64,000 nucleotides of DNA from Minisyncoccota bacterium (GTDB lineage: Bacteria > Patescibacteriota > Minisyncoccia > Phycocordibacterales > CAJBRS01): contig DASRDX010000009.1 in NCBI GenBank assembly GCA_035652395.1, positions 208,411 to 272,410 of the forward strand, written 5' to 3'. Each line of letters starts with the position of its first letter. Positions within the stretch are counted from its first letter, which is position 1. Made by a program: the position numbers and the translations under genes. Below are positions 60,350 through 64,000 of this stretch, piece after piece. Under the pieces are notes generated by a model, which searched no databases, was not told the DNA's origin, and worked only from the letters and a program-made list of their open reading frames with translations.

Positions 60350-60395
60350 AAAATAAAAAACGCGAACGAGAACGTTCGCGCTACTTTTTCTTTTC
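60350..60395. terminator. Bidirectional intrinsic terminator (8-bp stem CGCGAACG/CGTTCGCG, A-tract and T-tract flanks)
   Basis: Immediately after the stop of minus gene 60381-60914. T-runs are present on both sides. Confidence 0.8.
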
Positions 60396-60914
60396 GGGAA
60401 AGGGTTCGGCGATTCTAGCCGGCAACTTCACATTATGAACTCGGAGGTGACCTTGATGAATCTTGAGCTCCGAAAGAAGCTTTTTGAGTTCCAACCGCGC
60501 TTCCCTCTTTTCTTTTCCTTTGAGCAGTTCCGGCGATCTCTCTTGCAGGATCTTCAAAAATCCGATCAGGATTTCGCCTAAGTTGCATATCCTTGGCGGT
60601 AGCCGATTTGCTTCAAGAAAGTAAACAGCCGTTCGAAACTTCGTAATAATTAGCTCCGACGGATTCTCTGGGTCAAAACAGGTGGCGTCCGCCAAAGCTT
60701 GGGCAAGGGCGCATCTGTTTTCCCTCTTGGTCAAGGCCGGAGGAATGGAATTTTGTCCCAGTTTCCCAAGATAAACTTCCAGCCTGTTTGAAATCTCTTC
60801 CGCCGAAAGCGGTTCAGAGAGGGGCTTATAAAGTGTGGCGTCTTTCAGCCGCACAACTTTGCCATTTGTACCGGCGGGCTTTTGAGCCACAAGTGTAGCT
60901 AATGAGCAGTGCAT
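60381..60914 (-). CDS. Hypothetical protein
   Basis: 177-aa ORF followed by a strong intrinsic terminator. No motif recognised. Confidence 0.5.
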   Translation of the reverse strand: MHCSLATLVAQKPAGTNGKVVRLKDATLYKPLSEPLSAEEISNRLEVYLGKLGQNSIPPALTKRENRCALAQALADATCFDPENPSELIITKFRTAVYFLEANRLPPRICNLGEILIGFLKILQERSPELLKGKEKREARLELKKLLSELKIHQGHLRVHNVKLPARIAEPFPEKKK

Positions 60915-60953
60915 TCTGGCTCATAGTATAGTCAAATCCACTCTGAATACAAG

Positions 60954-61700
60954 CTAGGCTTCAATCGTAGAGAATAGATAAGCACCGACGGCGATGAACA
61001 GAATGCTAAGCACAGCCAGAATGCCAAAGTCAGTCCAGAGATTAAAAGTGGCGGCATGAATTAGTGTTCCCCGCAAGCCATCAATACCGTACGAGAGTGG
61101 ATTAATTCTAGTCAGATATTCAATTATTTTTGGCAAACCGGAAAGTGGAAAGAGAGCGCCGGAGAGAAAGAAAATTGGCATCACCAAGAAGTTCATGATC
61201 AATTGAAACCCTTGCATATCATTTAATCGTGCGGCTATGGCTGTTCCGAGGGCGGTGAAGAGTAAAGCGGTTAGAAACATAAAGACGAAGGCTGGAATAA
61301 GCAGGCTGAAATTAGTCAGACGAAATCCCACCACTACCGAAAGAATTAGAACGACAATTCCCTGCAGGCTGGCAACTGTCGCGCCGCCCAGAGTTCGGCC
61401 GAGCATAATATTGAAACGTGAGACCGGCGCTACCATCGTTTCTTTTAGAAAGCCGAATTGTTTGTCCCAAATAATTTCAATACCGGAAAAGATGGAGGTA
61501 AAAAGAACACTCATGCCGATAACTCCGGGCGTCAAGAATTGGATGTAATTGCCTCCGCCGGCCTTGGCGTAAATCGAGCCAAGGCCGTAACCTAGAGCCA
61601 CTAAATAAAGAATCGGCTGACCAAGTGAGCCTATCACGCGGGACGGCGAGCGAAGATATTTTTTTACTTGTCTTAACCAAAGAATATAAATAGTTCTCAT
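60954..61700 (-). CDS. ABC-2 type transporter permease
   Basis: Six TM helices. Immediately downstream of the ABC ATPase. Confidence 0.8.
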   Translation of the reverse strand: MRTIYILWLRQVKKYLRSPSRVIGSLGQPILYLVALGYGLGSIYAKAGGGNYIQFLTPGVIGMSVLFTSIFSGIEIIWDKQFGFLKETMVAPVSRFNIMLGRTLGGATVASLQGIVVLILSVVVGFRLTNFSLLIPAFVFMFLTALLFTALGTAIAARLNDMQGFQLIMNFLVMPIFFLSGALFPLSGLPKIIEYLTRINPLSYGIDGLRGTLIHAATFNLWTDFGILAVLSILFIAVGAYLFSTIEA

Positions 61701-61706
61701 ATATTT

Positions 61707-62507
61707 TTATCTTCGGCCACCCTGCCAAAGTTTGGCCATTTGTTTAAATTCCGACTGGCCTCCTTCTTCCCGAATGGCATGTCCGGTAAGCGATAGGAAG
61801 GCCTCTTCCAGACTTCCCTTCCCCGTCTGCTTTTTTAATTCCTCGGATGACCCTTGGGCGACGATTTTACCATGATCGATCACGGCAATTCGGCCGGCTA
61901 CTTTATCGGCCTCTTCCATGTAATGAGTGGTGACAAAAACAGTAATTCCCTCTTTTTTGTTCAAATCCTGAATGTATGACCACATATGATTGCGAGTTTG
62001 AGGATCCAGTCCGAGGGTTGGCTCATCCAAAAACAGCACCTTCGGGTGATGAAGAAGGCCGCGAGCAATTTCCAGTCGTCTCTTCATGCCACCGGAAAAT
62101 TCACGCACGAAGTCATTGCGACGATCCCAAAGTTCCACCATTTTTAGAAGTTCCTCGGCCCGACTGCGATAGAGGTCGTTTGGCAAATCGTATAGCACCC
62201 CGTGAATATGCATGTTTTCCAAAGCGGTCAGATCGGTGTCCAAACTTGGATCCTGAAAGACGATTCCAAAAGAATGCCGCGCCTGATTTGACTGCTTGGT
62301 AACATCAAAACTGTTCAGACGAATGTTGCCGGAAGTGGGATGAAGCAAGGTCGTAAGCATTTTAATAGTTGTGGTCTTCCCTGCCCCATTTGGACCAAGA
62401 AAAGCAAAAATCTCTCCTTTCTTTACTTCAAAAGAGATGTTGTCGACGGCGACGAAGTCGCCGAATTTTTTGATGAGATTTTTTACCTCAATTATGTTTG
62501 AGTCCAT
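61707..62507 (-). CDS. ABC transporter ATP-binding protein (ABC-2/DrrA-like)
   Basis: Walker A GPNGAGKTT, signature SGGMKRRLEIA, Walker B VLFLDEPT. Confidence 0.93.
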   Translation of the reverse strand: MDSNIIEVKNLIKKFGDFVAVDNISFEVKKGEIFAFLGPNGAGKTTTIKMLTTLLHPTSGNIRLNSFDVTKQSNQARHSFGIVFQDPSLDTDLTALENMHIHGVLYDLPNDLYRSRAEELLKMVELWDRRNDFVREFSGGMKRRLEIARGLLHHPKVLFLDEPTLGLDPQTRNHMWSYIQDLNKKEGITVFVTTHYMEEADKVAGRIAVIDHGKIVAQGSSEELKKQTGKGSLEEAFLSLTGHAIREEGGQSEFKQMAKLWQGGRR

Positions 62508-62539
62508 GTTTATGTAAGGACGAGTGATGTCCTTCTTGC

Positions 62540-62983
62540 TTACTTATTGATAGCGACGCTTGAGCTTGCGGCGGATTTGGCCACATTGTCCCAACAGGCG
62601 CTGGAAGAAATCCACGGCTCCGAACCCTGCGAAGTGTAGAGATAACGGGCGTAGGCCATGTTGCCTTTTAAGGTGTAGATATCGAGACCCATCTTTTTCG
62701 AAGTCTGGAGGTGGTATTTTTCGTTAATCTGCATCACTCCGACGTCACTGGTATTAATGGAACCGCGATAAATATTGCCGTTTGAGGCATATTGATGGTA
62801 ATGCGATTCACACTGAGCGATATCGGCCATTAAAGGAATGTCCTTAAAGTAGGCCTTTACTGCCGCTTCCACCTTCTTAGGGCTCACATAAAGGGTTTTT
62901 TCATCCGGCTTTTGAGCTACCTTGGAGCTGGAGGTGGCCAGCAAAAGGGCTACTTTATTGACTGGCTGACCCTTCGTGGCCAC
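62540..62983 (-). CDS. Transglycosylase-like (Rpf-like lysozyme fold) domain protein
   Basis: DIAQCESHY...VGVMQIN resembles the transglycosylase-like domain CESGG/Q core. GTG start in the ORF track. Confidence 0.55.
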   Translation of the reverse strand: MATKGQPVNKVALLLATSSSKVAQKPDEKTLYVSPKKVEAAVKAYFKDIPLMADIAQCESHYHQYASNGNIYRGSINTSDVGVMQINEKYHLQTSKKMGLDIYTLKGNMAYARYLYTSQGSEPWISSSACWDNVAKSAASSSVAINK

Positions 62984-63159
62984 AGTTTCTTCAGCATGAA
63001 GAACCGAATAGGTATTCGGTGAAAGATTCGGAGTTTGTGAAATTAGAGCGGCGCTAGTCGGTTTTGGGGTAATTAAGAGGGATACGGCAGTAAATGCTGC
63101 AATAAATAAATGTATTATAAGCCTTTTTTTAGCTGATAAACTGAAGACTTACCGGGAGA

Positions 63160-63186
63160 AGAAAAAACCAGACATCATGTCTGGTA
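63160..63186 (-). terminator. Minus-strand intrinsic terminator (CCAGACAT...ATGTCTGG followed by TTTTTTC)
   Basis: Palindrome 63168-63184 with an A-run on the plus side, giving a U-tract on the minus strand. Confidence 0.55.
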
Positions 63187-63332
63187 ATCAATATACTAGC
63201 AGATTTGAGGTTTTTTTCAAGGCCGCTGTGGATAAAAAATAAAGGAAATTTTATATTTCGTGCCTTAAAATAAGCATTTTTTAACTTGGTCCAATTGACA
63301 ATTTACTCTAAAATGTGGTAAAAACAGTTAAG

Positions 63333-63572
63333 ATGAAAGCTCACATGTTCCGAATGTCCGATCTTCCACCCGAAACCAAGGAATACATTGATGTTGAACC
63401 AGAAGACCGATGGATAGTTGAGATTGCGAAACGAATGTCTCGACCCAATTCTATCCTTTATCTTTCTTATGAAGTGGGTAAATCCCCCGTTCACAACATT
63501 CATCGAGTCGAATTCTATTTGGCTCGACCAGGGATCCAAATTCTGCTTTGTTTAGTACCTTGGCGTCCATGA
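63333..63572 (+). CDS. Hypothetical small acidic protein
   Basis: TTGACA-17-GTAAAA promoter-like sequence with the ATG about 9 nt after the -10. The stop codon sits in the loop of a terminator hairpin. It competes with an antisense ORF. Confidence 0.3.
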   Translation: MKAHMFRMSDLPPETKEYIDVEPEDRWIVEIAKRMSRPNSILYLSYEVGKSPVHNIHRVEFYLARPGIQILLCLVPWRP

Positions 63573-63590
63573 GGACGCATTTTATTTAAT
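63563..63590. terminator. Bidirectional terminator between convergent small ORF and exonuclease gene
   Basis: GCGTCC-atga-GGACGC followed by ATTTTATTT. The plus-strand stop codon is in the loop. Confidence 0.65.
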
Positions 63591-64000
63591 CCAAGGTATA
63601 GAATACTGGGCAAATTCTTCTAGCAAATTTTTGTCATAAAGAAGTCGACTGAGAGCTTCCGCTTCCCATTTGGCACCTCCAAGAGGTGTGCGATGAGGTT
63701 TAGGTTCTGCTGGAATGCCGACATATTGGCAGACAGCATCTGAGTTCAAAGATGAATGGTGGTTTTGGAGTGGAGGAATAATTCCTTTTTTGATCATATG
63801 TGCGAGGCAGACAGAATGTACATCAATAATTCGTTGAGCAAAGGGCCAATTTAAATGGTAGCGCATTGCCGCCTGACGCAAACACTCATAATCGAAGAAG
63901 ACGTTTTGACCGGCAAAAGTGAAATCAGGTAGTATGCTGGCCCAGTTTATGAAATCTTTAAGAATCTCTTCCTCACTCTTTTTAGTCGGATCATTAATTT
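63582..64000 (-). CDS. DEDDh 3'-5' exonuclease (DnaQ/RNase T-like), N-terminus beyond the window edge
   Basis: Hand translation to the window end gives NVFFDYECL (Exo II-like) and HRTPLGGAKWEAEAL (Exo III-like H...A) motifs. Partial. Confidence 0.55.
   Translation of the reverse strand, partial: INDPTKKSEEEILKDFINWASILPDFTFAGQNVFFDYECLRQAAMRYHLNWPFAQRIIDVHSVCLAHMIKKGIIPPLQNHHSSLNSDAVCQYVGIPAEPKPHRTPLGGAKWEAEALSRLLYDKNLLEEFAQYSIPWIK

Noticed and set aside
60361-60380. GAAC...GTTC within CGCGAACGAGAACGTTCGCG as a second LexA box.
   Set aside because: The spacing is N6/N0 rather than the N4 Cheo box. The sequence is simply the stem of an intrinsic terminator.

Overview
This is a gene-dense (about 1 gene/kb), mostly plus-strand window from what looks like a reduced-genome bacterium, plausibly a Candidate Phyla Radiation (Parcubacteria-like) lineage. 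That placement is inference, based on the AT-rich sequence, no SD motifs before ribosomal genes, compact aminoacyl-tRNA synthetases and a sigma-region-4/HARE-HTH fusion. The standard genetic code is used, because TGA works as a stop, for example in the mraY/ftsW TGATG overlap.

Recognisable core content:
- Aminoacyl-tRNA synthetases: leuS, a compact alaS, trpS, a GAD-less aspS and gltX.
- The infA-rpmJ-rpsM-rpsK-rpsD-rpoA-rplQ-rplM-rpsI ribosomal block, and grpE-dnaK-dnaJ.
- mnmA, mltG, pcm, a family-4 UDG, pepF, scpAB, a mraY-ftsW-murG mini dcw block, an S11 carboxypeptidase and two M23 peptidases.
- asnB, lexA with a textbook SOS box, rarA, an ABC exporter and an ABC-2 ATPase/permease pair.

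Accessory-looking regions:
1. A cluster of three PD-(D/E)xK-type nucleases (ATP-cone-Mrr fusion, NucS-like, Cas4-like) plus a Zn-ribbon protein of unknown function at 7.1-12.0 kb.
2. A SagB-like nitroreductase plus an E1-like ThiF protein with an N-terminal extension, without a YcaO partner, next to a PaaK-like adenylase, a TrmB regulator and an orphan histidine kinase at 29.4-36.0 kb. This is the best candidate for an undescribed peptide-modification or E1-based system.
3. A Doc toxin / HTH antitoxin pair with a perfect 16-bp palindromic operator, a membrane protein and a secreted trypsin-like protease at 58.2-60.3 kb.
4. A 640-bp ORF-free gap between convergent genes at 55.0-55.6 kb that may encode a structured RNA.

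A recurrent promoter arrangement, a TATAAT-like hexamer exactly 6-7 nt upstream of the start codon at 13 or more genes, indicates widespread leaderless mRNAs. No rRNA, tRNA or CRISPR array was found. All functional calls rest on motif recognition by eye, not on database searches.
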